Below are positions 31,635-41,036 of a DNA stretch of 64,000 nucleotides, piece by piece (position 1 is the stretch's first letter; the number at the start of each line of letters is the position of its first letter). A model generated the notes under the pieces. That model was not told the DNA's origin. It was given only the letters and a program-made list of their open reading frames with translations, and made no database searches. The DNA comes from Alphaproteobacteria bacterium (GTDB lineage Bacteria > Pseudomonadota > Alphaproteobacteria > UBA7887), in the NCBI GenBank assembly GCA_965216755.1, contig CBDCGL010000011.1, positions 3,968,001 through 4,032,000 on the forward strand, read 5' to 3'. The translations under genes and the position numbers were made by a program.

Positions 31635-32567
31635 ATGATCGATAAAATCGGACGAAGCGTGACGGCGGTTCTTCTGCTGGCGATTGGCGGCGGATACGCA
31701 CCAAGCGTTTTCGCCCAAGATGAGCCAAGCCTGCCTCATGTTGCGCATACGGTCGCCGGTGGCGATGGCCTGGCGCTTGCGGTTCAGGAATGGGGCGACA
31801 AGACCGGTCCCGACATCTTGTTCATCCACGGCTTTTCCCAGAATCACATGTCGTGGGTCAATCAATTGGAAAGCGGCTTGGCTGATCGCTTTCACATGGT
31901 TTCCTTCGATATTCGTGGCCACGGCAATTCGGCAAAGCCGCTGGCGCCCGAGCATTATGGTGATAGTCGCTTGTGGGCAGATGACGTCAACGCCGTCATC
32001 ACCACACTGGCACTTAAAAAGCCTGTGTTGGTGGTCTGGTCATATGGCGGCTTCATCGTTTCCGATTACCTGCGGTTCTATAGTGACGATGACATTGGCG
32101 GCGTTGTCATGGTGGCTGCGGCCACGAAGATCGGCACCGACGATGCGCCGCGTTTTCTGGGCGATGGGGTCCTCGAGATCCTGCCGGGCATGTTGTCGCC
32201 CGACTACCGAACCCAATTCAATGCGACAGTCGGCTTTGTGCAGGTGCTGACCGCCGAACCCTTACCGCATGATCGGTTTCTTGAAGCCATCGGCATCAAT
32301 ATGATGACGCCGCCGGCCGTGCGTCTGGGTTTGGTGTTGCGTGAAGTCGACAATGACGATGTTTTGGCGCAGATAACCGTGCCGGTTTTGGTCAGCCACG
32401 GCACCGCTGATCGCATCGTTTTGCAAGCCGCAGGCCAACATACGGCGAAACTCGTGCCGCACGCGACCGAGTCATATTATGAGGGTATCGGTCACGCGCC
32501 CTTTATCGAGGCGACATCGCGATTCAATAATGAACTCGTCGAATTCGTGACATCGGTTCAACCTTGA
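31635..32567 (+). CDS. Exported alpha/beta hydrolase (non-heme haloperoxidase-like)
   Basis: AAGGAG RBS, signal peptide, IHGFSQ, DIRGHGNS, WSYGG, HGTAD, GHAPF. Confidence 0.88.
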   Translation: MIDKIGRSVTAVLLLAIGGGYAPSVFAQDEPSLPHVAHTVAGGDGLALAVQEWGDKTGPDILFIHGFSQNHMSWVNQLESGLADRFHMVSFDIRGHGNSAKPLAPEHYGDSRLWADDVNAVITTLALKKPVLVVWSYGGFIVSDYLRFYSDDDIGGVVMVAAATKIGTDDAPRFLGDGVLEILPGMLSPDYRTQFNATVGFVQVLTAEPLPHDRFLEAIGINMMTPPAVRLGLVLREVDNDDVLAQITVPVLVSHGTADRIVLQAAGQHTAKLVPHATESYYEGIGHAPFIEATSRFNNELVEFVTSVQP

Positions 32568-32619
32568 CGCTCACGGTCGTCCCTGCTGCGCGATACAAAT
32601 CACAACGCGGCGTTCGCTT

Positions 32620-33963
32620 GTGAGCGCCAATCCGACGAGACTATCGGGGTGGGGGCGCTATCCGGTGGTTTCGTGCACGTTGCGCGATGCCAGCCCTGGG
32701 ACGGATCCGTCCAAATGGTTTGACGTCGCGGATACGGTCATCGCGCGCGGCAATGGGCGGGCCTATGGTGATGCCGCGATCAATCCGGCTTTGACGTTGT
32801 CTATGTTGGGCCACAACAAGCTGCGCCATTTCGATCCACAGACCGGGTTGCTGACTTGTGAGGCGGGCGTCCTGCTCGATGATATTCTGACCGTGTTTGT
32901 CCCGCGTGGGTGGCTGCCGGCGGTGATGCCGGGGACCAAATTTGTCTCGGTCGGCGGGATGATCGCGGCCGACGTCCATGGCAAGAACCACCATCACAGC
33001 GGCACCTTCGGCCGTCATGTAGAGGACATTGAATTGGTCGCCGCCGATGGTGCGGTTCTGGCGTGTTCGCGCGACTCGCACTCTGAGATTTTCCGCGCGA
33101 CACTTGGCGCCATGGGGCTCACCGGCGTCATCAGGTCGGCGCGATTTCGGCTGATGCCAATTGAAACCGCCTATTTGCAAGAAGAAACCCACGCGGCTGC
33201 GGATTTGGACCAAGCCATGGCGCTATTCGAAGAGTCACGTGACTGGCCGTATAGCGTCGCCTGGATCGATTGCCTGGCGCGCGGCCGCAAAAGTGGCCGC
33301 GCTTTGGTATCGCGTGCACGTCCGTTAAGACGCGATCAACTGCCGCCGCCGCTGCAAGCTGCGCCACTGCGGTGCCACCGCCAAGGCGGTCGTCGGATTC
33401 CGTTTGATGCGCCGGGCGCGGTGCTGAGCGGGCCGACCGTGCGACTTTTCAATTGGGCGTACTACACGAAAGGTACGGTTCTCGCCGGCGAACGGATTGT
33501 CCACTATGACCCGTTTTTTTTTCCTCTGGATCGGCTGTTGGAGTGGAACCGACTCTACGGGCGGCGGGGTTTCGTGCAGTTTCAGTGTGTGCTGCCGAAG
33601 GCTGAGAGCGCGCGGGGGCTGGCCGTCCTGCTAGAGCAGATCGCGGCGGCGAGGCGCGGGTCGTTTTTGGCGGTGCTGAAATTGTTGGGGCCCGAAGGCG
33701 AAGGCGCGATGTCATTTCCGATGGAGGGATATACTTTGGCGCTCGATTTTCCGCTTCGGTCCGGAACTTTGGCGTTACTTGCGACGTTGGAGAAAATTGT
33801 TTGCGCCCACGGCGGGCGTATTTACTTGGCCAAGGATGCGTGCGGATCGCCCGATGGTCTACGGGTTGGCTATCCGCGGCGCGGCGCTTTTGACGAGCTA
33901 CGCCACGCCGTTGGCGCCGCTGAGAAATTCGCGTCCGACATGTCGCGCCGGCTGGCGCTATGA
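32620..33963 (+). CDS. DprE1-like FAD-linked oxidase (polyprenylphosphoryl-ribose 2'-oxidase family)
   Basis: RGNGRAYGDAA, PGTKFVSVGGMIAADVHGKNHH, YSVAWID, SFLAVLK, GGRIYLAKD. Confidence 0.88.
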   Translation: MSANPTRLSGWGRYPVVSCTLRDASPGTDPSKWFDVADTVIARGNGRAYGDAAINPALTLSMLGHNKLRHFDPQTGLLTCEAGVLLDDILTVFVPRGWLPAVMPGTKFVSVGGMIAADVHGKNHHHSGTFGRHVEDIELVAADGAVLACSRDSHSEIFRATLGAMGLTGVIRSARFRLMPIETAYLQEETHAAADLDQAMALFEESRDWPYSVAWIDCLARGRKSGRALVSRARPLRRDQLPPPLQAAPLRCHRQGGRRIPFDAPGAVLSGPTVRLFNWAYYTKGTVLAGERIVHYDPFFFPLDRLLEWNRLYGRRGFVQFQCVLPKAESARGLAVLLEQIAAARRGSFLAVLKLLGPEGEGAMSFPMEGYTLALDFPLRSGTLALLATLEKIVCAHGGRIYLAKDACGSPDGLRVGYPRRGAFDELRHAVGAAEKFASDMSRRLAL

Positions 33964-34703
33964 GTGATCCGGCGGGACCGGCGCTGATCGTGGGCGCGAC
34001 GTCGGATATTGGTCGCGCCATAAGCCGCGCGTTGGCCGCGCAGGGCTATGCGTTGCAACTGGCCGGGCGTAACATCGAACTCTTGTCGCGCGAAGCCAGC
34101 GATTTGGAAACGCGTTATCGGGTGCGGGTCAGTTGCCATTCTTATGACGCATTAACAGTGCCTGCCGACGTCGATGTCTGGGCGGCACTCGATCCGTTAC
34201 CAGAGATCGTGGTCTGTGTTATTGGCTTGCTCGGTGTTCATGCCGAAGATCAGCATGACTTGGATGCGGCCGAGCGGACCATGATCACCAACTATCTGGC
34301 GCCGGCACGACTGATGGCTGACTTCGCCAACCGGTTCGCCGCACGTGGTTCGGGCACGTTGGTTGGTGTCAGCTCTGTCGCCGGTGACCGGGGCCGAGCC
34401 AGCAACTACATTTATGGTTCGGCCAAAGCCGGGTTCAGCGCGTTCTTGTCTGGACTGCGCAATCGCTTGGGGCGGCAGGGCGTGCAGGTGGTGACGGTGA
34501 AACCTGGCTTCGTGCGAACGCGCATGACCGCCGGCAAGAGCTTGCCGAATGCGCTGACCGCAACACCCGAAAGAGTCGCGGCAGCGGTTGTCGCGGCTAT
34601 TGATCGCCGCCAGGACGTCGTTTATGTGCTGCCGATATGGCGTCTGATCATGTGGATCATACGGGCCGTTCCCGAGCCCATTTTCAAACGGCTACGGCTG
34701 TAA
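33960..34703 (+). CDS. DprE2-like short-chain dehydrogenase
   Basis: GATSDIG, SSVAGDRGRASNYIYGSAKAG, KPGFVRTRMT; ATGA-coupled to the oxidase. Confidence 0.88.
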   Translation: MSDPAGPALIVGATSDIGRAISRALAAQGYALQLAGRNIELLSREASDLETRYRVRVSCHSYDALTVPADVDVWAALDPLPEIVVCVIGLLGVHAEDQHDLDAAERTMITNYLAPARLMADFANRFAARGSGTLVGVSSVAGDRGRASNYIYGSAKAGFSAFLSGLRNRLGRQGVQVVTVKPGFVRTRMTAGKSLPNALTATPERVAAAVVAAIDRRQDVVYVLPIWRLIMWIIRAVPEPIFKRLRL

Positions 34704-34736
34704 AATCGTCTCCAACAGTATTGAACGCGTTGAATT

Positions 34737-36563
34737 GTGTCCCCGCTGATCGAACTTCGTGATGTTGCTGTTACGTTTGGCGGCGCGCCATTATTTGCGG
34801 GCATCGATTTGCACGTGGTGCGAGGCGACCGTTTGGCGCTGGTTGGGCGCAACGGCAGCGGCAAGACCACCATGCTCAAGCTCTTGGCTGGCTTGGTGGA
34901 ACCCGACCGTGGCCGGCGCAGCTTGGCCGCCGGCGTGCAAATTGGCATGCTTGCGCAGGATGTTGATTTTGGTCGCGCGCGGACGCTGGCGGACTATTTG
35001 GCGACGCCCGCGCTGGCCGGGTCGCAGCAACCGCCGCGGCATGAGATTGAAGCGAGCCTGGCGGCATTGGGCTTATCGCCGGATCAACCGTTCGCGAACC
35101 TTTCGGGCGGCGAAACGCGGCGGGCGGCACTGGCGAATGCGTTGGTTGGCAAACCCGATCTGCTGCTGTTGGACGAGCCGACCAACCATCTGGATCTCAC
35201 CGCGATCATATGGTTGGAACACACCCTGGCGGCCTATCCCGGCGCCATTGTCATGATCAGCCATGACCGCAGTTTGTTGCGGCGCGTGGCGACCAACGTT
35301 GTCTGGCTCGATCGGGGTCAATCGCACCGACTGCAGGCCGGATTCGACCAATTCGATGGGTGGATGGAAGGCATCATTGCCGAGCAGGTCCGCGCCGAGC
35401 ACCAACGCGATCGCAAGCTGGCGCGCGAACTTGCCTGGTTGCACAAGGGGGTCACGGCGCGCCGACGGCGCAATCAAGGGCGGTTGCGATCGCTGCAGGC
35501 CCTGCGTCGAGAGCGACAGGCAACATGGCCGCGTCGCGGGTCCGCAAAGCTTTCACTGGCCGCGGCGCCGCCATCTGGTGATGTCGCGATCGAGGCCGAG
35601 GCAATCACCAAGTGGTTCGGTGACAAGGCTGTCGTCAAGCCCTTCTCAATCCGCGTGATGCGCGGTGACCGCATCGCCCTCATCGGCCCGAATGGCGCCG
35701 GTAAGACGACCCTGGTGCGTTTGTTGGTCGGTGACATGTCGCCTGACACCGGCCGTGTTCGCCACGGCACGCGGCTGCAAACGGCCTACTTCGATCAGCG
35801 GCGGGAGGCGCTGGACGAGGCGCAGACACCGTGGGCATTCCTGTGTCCGCGCGGCGGCGATCACGTCGAAGTCCGGGGCCGGTCGCGCCACGTGATCGGC
35901 TATTTGCGCGATTTCTTGTTTGACGAGGCGCAAGCGCGGATGCCGATCGAAGCTTTATCTGGCGGTGAACGCAGTCGTCTCTTGTTGGCACAATTGTTCG
36001 CGCGCCCGGCGAATCTGTTGGTCCTGGATGAGCCGACCAACGATTTGGACATGGAAACCCTGGATCTGTTGCAAGAGGTAATTGCCGGATTTGACGGCAC
36101 TGTATTGGTAGTCAGTCACGACCGCGACTTTATCGACGGATTCGCCACCAGCACGATCGTTCTTTCGGAGGACGGGCGCGCGGAGAGTTTCGTTGGCGGC
36201 TTCACCGATTTGCCGGCCGCGGTTCGGCCCGGCGGACCCGCGGCTAAGCCCGATGTGGCACCTAACCCGGGCAAAAAAGCTCGCAAGGGCCCGCGTCCGC
36301 GAACCCGCCTGAGTTACAAGGAACAACGAGAGCTCGATGCCTTGCCTGCCCTGATCGAGGCGCATCAAGGTCATATCCGAGATCTTGAGGCACAGCTTTC
36401 AGATCCTGATCTGTTTGCCAGGGACGGAGACTGTTTCGCCGCGGTGACGGCGTCATTGGCGGCACGGCGGGCGGCGCTGGATGCGGCCGAGGCGCGTTGG
36501 CTGGACCTAGAGGAAAAACGAGAGCAATTGGCAGATGCCGCCAAGGCGGATGTCTCCCGTTGA
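34737..36563 (+). CDS. uup: ABC-F ATPase, Uup-like
   Basis: Two ABC domains, GVTARRRRNQGR linker, C-terminal LSYKEQREL coiled coil. Confidence 0.88.
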   Translation: MSPLIELRDVAVTFGGAPLFAGIDLHVVRGDRLALVGRNGSGKTTMLKLLAGLVEPDRGRRSLAAGVQIGMLAQDVDFGRARTLADYLATPALAGSQQPPRHEIEASLAALGLSPDQPFANLSGGETRRAALANALVGKPDLLLLDEPTNHLDLTAIIWLEHTLAAYPGAIVMISHDRSLLRRVATNVVWLDRGQSHRLQAGFDQFDGWMEGIIAEQVRAEHQRDRKLARELAWLHKGVTARRRRNQGRLRSLQALRRERQATWPRRGSAKLSLAAAPPSGDVAIEAEAITKWFGDKAVVKPFSIRVMRGDRIALIGPNGAGKTTLVRLLVGDMSPDTGRVRHGTRLQTAYFDQRREALDEAQTPWAFLCPRGGDHVEVRGRSRHVIGYLRDFLFDEAQARMPIEALSGGERSRLLLAQLFARPANLLVLDEPTNDLDMETLDLLQEVIAGFDGTVLVVSHDRDFIDGFATSTIVLSEDGRAESFVGGFTDLPAAVRPGGPAAKPDVAPNPGKKARKGPRPRTRLSYKEQRELDALPALIEAHQGHIRDLEAQLSDPDLFARDGDCFAAVTASLAARRAALDAAEARWLDLEEKREQLADAAKADVSR

Positions 36564-36595
36564 CCTGGACCACTTCGGCGCTTAGCTATGAGCTG

Positions 36596-37007
<412 letters not shown>

Positions 37008-37261
37008 ATTCCCTGTCCCATGACATCCCATGCTGGTCCGTGTTCCAGGGTCGATGTCGGACGAGCGGCCGATTGGCGGCCACAAGCCGGTCAACATTCT
37101 TCCAATTGCGAACATACATCGAACACAAATGCGCCCTATTCGACAGCTAGCGTATGACGCGACGAATTCATACTAAACCTAGAAAGCTGCAAATTGAACG
37201 GTCTGACAATCTAAGAGATTCGCGAAGAATCATTTGGTCTGCTTTTCAAATTTACTGTTGA

Positions 37262-37298
37262 AGCCCGATTGGCCCCATGATATCCCATGCTCTCCCAA
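37262..37298 (-). promoter_or_regulatory. MraZ-binding direct repeats
   Basis: CCCG/CCCA/CCCA/CCCA at an exact 10-bp period (TGGG on the minus strand) upstream of mraZ. Confidence 0.7.
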
Positions 37299-37415
37299 AT
37301 TCGCACCATAGAGTGGCTGTGACGGGGCGGTCCGGTGCGACGGACGCGACCGCCATGGCCGGGTCAAATAGGGTCGAGGGCACAGTCCGGTTGGGTCCGG
37401 ACGACGGGGAGACCA

Positions 37416-37904
37416 GTGAAATTTTTCGTCGGAACGCACAGGAACAAAGTCGACCGAAAAGGGCGCGTGTCGATTCCGGCTGCGTTTCGCACGGTTCTGG
37501 GCGTCGAGAGTTCATTCTATGCGTTTCCGTCTTTTGCCCATGACGGTGTTGAATGCAAAACCGAAGCGTTCATGGAAATGCTGAGTGAGCGCGTCGATTC
37601 TTTGGACTTGTTTTCGGACGAGCAAGATACGCTCGCCGAGCAGACGTTCGCCCGCAGCCATTTAATGACCTTCGATCGCGAAGGGCGGGTGGTGATTCCT
37701 AAAGAGATCCTTGATCACGCCGGCATTGACGGCGAAGTGATTTTTGTTGGCAAGGGGAAGGCGTTCCAAATCTGGGAGCCTGCCGCACATGAAGCTTACC
37801 AGAAAGCAACGCGGGAACGTGCCCCTGCCGACCGTCAGGCGCTACGTCGGCGCCCCCGGGCCGATAATCTGGGCAGAGTTGGGCCCGTGGAGAGTGGCAC
37901 GTGA
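37416..37904 (+). CDS. mraZ: Transcriptional regulator MraZ
   Basis: VDRKGRVSIPAAFR, FDREGRVVIP, FQIWEP. Confidence 0.95.
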   Translation: MKFFVGTHRNKVDRKGRVSIPAAFRTVLGVESSFYAFPSFAHDGVECKTEAFMEMLSERVDSLDLFSDEQDTLAEQTFARSHLMTFDREGRVVIPKEILDHAGIDGEVIFVGKGKAFQIWEPAAHEAYQKATRERAPADRQALRRRPRADNLGRVGPVESGT

Positions 37905-38896
37905 CCGATGAGTTACCCTCCCATCGCGTCGGTCACGTGCCCGTTCTTTTGGACGCGGTCGTTGCTGCCATGGCACCCCGTGACGGGGCGTCGTTTGTGG
38001 ATATGACATTTGGAGCGGGGGGCTATAGCCGCGCCATATTGGCGGCTGCGGCGACGCGTGTTTGGGCGATCGATCGCGATCGCACCACGCACGCTTATGC
38101 GCAGGCGTTGATGGCGGAATTTGGCGATCGACTGACCTGGATCGAGGGACGTTTCGGTGACGCGCGACGGTTGCTGGCCGGGCATGGCGTTGACGCCGTC
38201 GATGGTGGCGTCATGTTTGATCTGGGCGTCTCGTCAATGCAAATCGACGAGAAGGCACGCGGTTTTTCGTTTCGTCATGATGGCCCCCTTGACATGCGTA
38301 TGGGGGATGCCGGGCTGAGCGCGGCGGAAGTCGTCAATAGTTACGAAGAACGTGAGCTGGCGCACATTCTTCGTCGTCTTGGCGAGGAACGTCGCGCCCG
38401 GCGCGTTGCCGGCGCGATCGTTCGCGCGCGGCAAAAGCGGCCCTTTGCGCGCACTGCGGAATTGGCCGACGTGGTGCGCGCGGCAGTGCCGCGCGCGGCC
38501 GACGGGATCGATCCGGCGACGCGCACATTCCAGGCCCTGCGAATACACGTCAACGATGAGCTTGGCGAGCTCGGTCGTGGTCTCACGGCCGCAGAACAGT
38601 TGCTGCGGCCGGGCGGACGCTTGGCGGTGGTCTCGTTTCATTCATTGGAAGACGGTGCGGTCAAAAGGTTTTTGCGGGTGCGCAGCGATGCATCGGCGCG
38701 GCCGTCGCGCCACATGCCGGCGCCTGCCGTGACGCGGCCGCCATCATTTCAGCTGCTCAATCGACGGCCGATACGACCAAGCGCGGAGGAGGTGCGCCGC
38801 AATCCGCGTGCCCGATCCGCCAAATTGCGCGGCGCGGAAAGAACCGGCGCTGGCCCATGGTCGGATTCGGGCACGTCGGAGGGGGGACGATCGTGA
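37901..38896 (+). CDS. rsmH: 16S rRNA m4C1402 methyltransferase
   Basis: HVPVLL, DLGVSSMQ, PLDMRM, SFHSLED, NPRARSAKLR. Confidence 0.97.
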   Translation: MTDELPSHRVGHVPVLLDAVVAAMAPRDGASFVDMTFGAGGYSRAILAAAATRVWAIDRDRTTHAYAQALMAEFGDRLTWIEGRFGDARRLLAGHGVDAVDGGVMFDLGVSSMQIDEKARGFSFRHDGPLDMRMGDAGLSAAEVVNSYEERELAHILRRLGEERRARRVAGAIVRARQKRPFARTAELADVVRAAVPRAADGIDPATRTFQALRIHVNDELGELGRGLTAAEQLLRPGGRLAVVSFHSLEDGAVKRFLRVRSDASARPSRHMPAPAVTRPPSFQLLNRRPIRPSAEEVRRNPRARSAKLRGAERTGAGPWSDSGTSEGGRS

Positions 38897-39276
38897 TCCG
38901 GCGTTCGACGATCATTTTGCTGTTGGTTCTGGTCATGGCCAGCCTGGGTTTGTACCGGCTGAAATATAGCGTCCAGGGGCTCGAAATCGCTTTCGCCGAC
39001 TTGGAACGACAGGTCGCCGAGGAGCAAGAAGCGATCCATGTTCTGGACGCCGAATGGGCACATCTCAATCAACCGGAACGGTTGAGTGTCCTGGTTGCGC
39101 GTTACTTGCAGTGGTCGGCGATCGAAGCCAACCAGTTTGTCGCGATCGACGGTCTGCCGTTACGCGACACGCGCGACGGTCAAGTCGATCAGGTACTGAC
39201 ATTGTCGCCGAAACAACCTGACGTGGCCGCGACAAATGACGGTGACATGTTTGCCAAGGTGGGGGGCAGGCAATGA
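38893..39276 (+). CDS. ftsL: Cell division protein FtsL (alphaproteobacterial type)
   Basis: N-terminal TM, LYRLKY, IHVLDAEWAHLNQPERL; position between rsmH and ftsI. Confidence 0.88.
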   Translation: MIRRSTIILLLVLVMASLGLYRLKYSVQGLEIAFADLERQVAEEQEAIHVLDAEWAHLNQPERLSVLVARYLQWSAIEANQFVAIDGLPLRDTRDGQVDQVLTLSPKQPDVAATNDGDMFAKVGGRQ

Positions 39277-41036
39277 TTGGTCCGATAATTAACGATCAAC
39301 TTGCTGCGCGGCGCGTGGCGTGGGAACGGCGGCGCCGTCCGCGCGCGCTGCTGGGTCTAGAAACGACGAACAACGCACCCGAAAGTGTCAGCCGAAGCCG
39401 TGTAATGATCATGGCATTGCTTTACGCGATCGGGTTTTCGGTACTGTCGGGAAGACTGGTCATGGTGACCCTGCTGGATAGTGGTGGCACACAAAGTACG
39501 CCGCCGGCGGTCGCACAGTCGCCGACAATGATAGCACGAGCCGAGATCCTCGATCGCAACGGCATCGTTCTCGCAACCGATCTCGAAACACAATCATTGT
39601 TCGCAGACGCGCGTTTGGTGCGCGACCCAGCGCGTTTGGCGACAGCCTTGGCGGCGGAGTTCCCGGAACTTGATGTTGCCCGCCTCCGTAACAAGTTGGC
39701 ATCAGGCCTCAGTTTCGTTTGGCTCAAGCGAAATCTGACGCCGCGCCAAGTATTCGCGGTGAACAGCCTTGGCCAGCCGGCATTGGCCTTCAAGAGCGAA
39801 AAGCGGCGCGTCTATCCGCAAGGCCGGTTGCTGTCGCATGTGGTCGGTTATACCGATGTCGACAATCACGGGCTGGGCGGCGTCGAAGGCGCTTTTGATG
39901 ACGAATTACAGGGGGCGCCCACTTCGCCACTGCGTTTGTCGCTCGACGTGCGATTCCAGCATGTCTTGCACGACGAGTTGTCGCGCGCGATGGATGAATT
40001 CCGCGCTGCTGGGGCGGCCGGTTTGATTGTCGAGGCGACCACCGGTGAAGTTGTTGCCATGGCAAGTTTGCCCGATTTTGATCCCCAAGATCCGGGTGCG
40101 TCGGACAAGGCAAACTTGTTCAATCGGGCGACTCTCGGCGTTTACGAGATGGGATCGACCTTCAAGGCAATTACAATCGCGATGGCGCTGGAGTCCGGTG
40201 TTGCAACAATCCACGATGGCTATGATGCGTCGACACCGTTGCGGTTAGCGCGCTATACGATTCGCGACTACCACGCCAAGAATCGGTGGCTTTCGGTGCC
40301 GGAGATCCTGATGTATTCGTCCAATATCGGCGCCGCAAAAATGGCCTTGGATGTTGGCGCCGCGGGCCAGCGCGCTTTTTTAGACAAACTCGGATTGCTG
40401 GCGCCGCTCGGCATTGAACTCGAAGAAGCGGCGCGCCCAATCATGCCCGATGGTTGGGGCGATGTGACCACGGCCACGGTTTCCTTCGGCCACGGCGTTG
40501 CGGTCAGCCCCTTGCATCTTGCGCGTGCTTTCGCCGCCCTGGTTAATGGCGGCGTACTGCACACAACGACGGTTTTGGCGTCGACCGTCGGGCCAATGCC
40601 GGCGCCGGTGCGCGTTGTGACTCCTCAAACATCGCGGCAAATGCGACGTATGTTGCGGTTGGTTGTGGCTGAAGGCACGGGCCGTCAAGCCGATATTGCT
40701 GGCTATCTGGTCGGTGGCAAAACTGGCACGGCTGAAAAAGCCGGCGAACGCGGTTATGATCGCCGTCGTCTTCTGTCATCGTTTGTCGCGGCGTTTCCGA
40801 TGAGCCAGCCGCGGTATGTCGTCCTGGCCGTGCTCGATGAACCGCAGGGAACCGCAGCCACGCACAACTACGCGACCGGCGGCTGGACGGCGGCGCCGGT
40901 CGTCGGGCGCATTATCGCGCGGGTTGCGCCGATGGCTGGGATTTTGCCACTGCCACCGACGGCGCCAGAGGCGGTAGAGGCCAACGCCCTACTGCCGCGC
41001 CCGCAGCGCGACGGGATACAGCTTGCAGCTTACTGA
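39273..41036 (+). CDS. ftsI: Peptidoglycan transpeptidase FtsI/PBP3
   Basis: ILDRNG; STFK, SSN and KTG active-site motifs. Confidence 0.96.
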   Translation: MIGPIINDQLAARRVAWERRRRPRALLGLETTNNAPESVSRSRVMIMALLYAIGFSVLSGRLVMVTLLDSGGTQSTPPAVAQSPTMIARAEILDRNGIVLATDLETQSLFADARLVRDPARLATALAAEFPELDVARLRNKLASGLSFVWLKRNLTPRQVFAVNSLGQPALAFKSEKRRVYPQGRLLSHVVGYTDVDNHGLGGVEGAFDDELQGAPTSPLRLSLDVRFQHVLHDELSRAMDEFRAAGAAGLIVEATTGEVVAMASLPDFDPQDPGASDKANLFNRATLGVYEMGSTFKAITIAMALESGVATIHDGYDASTPLRLARYTIRDYHAKNRWLSVPEILMYSSNIGAAKMALDVGAAGQRAFLDKLGLLAPLGIELEEAARPIMPDGWGDVTTATVSFGHGVAVSPLHLARAFAALVNGGVLHTTTVLASTVGPMPAPVRVVTPQTSRQMRRMLRLVVAEGTGRQADIAGYLVGGKTGTAEKAGERGYDRRRLLSSFVAAFPMSQPRYVVLAVLDEPQGTAATHNYATGGWTAAPVVGRIIARVAPMAGILPLPPTAPEAVEANALLPRPQRDGIQLAAY

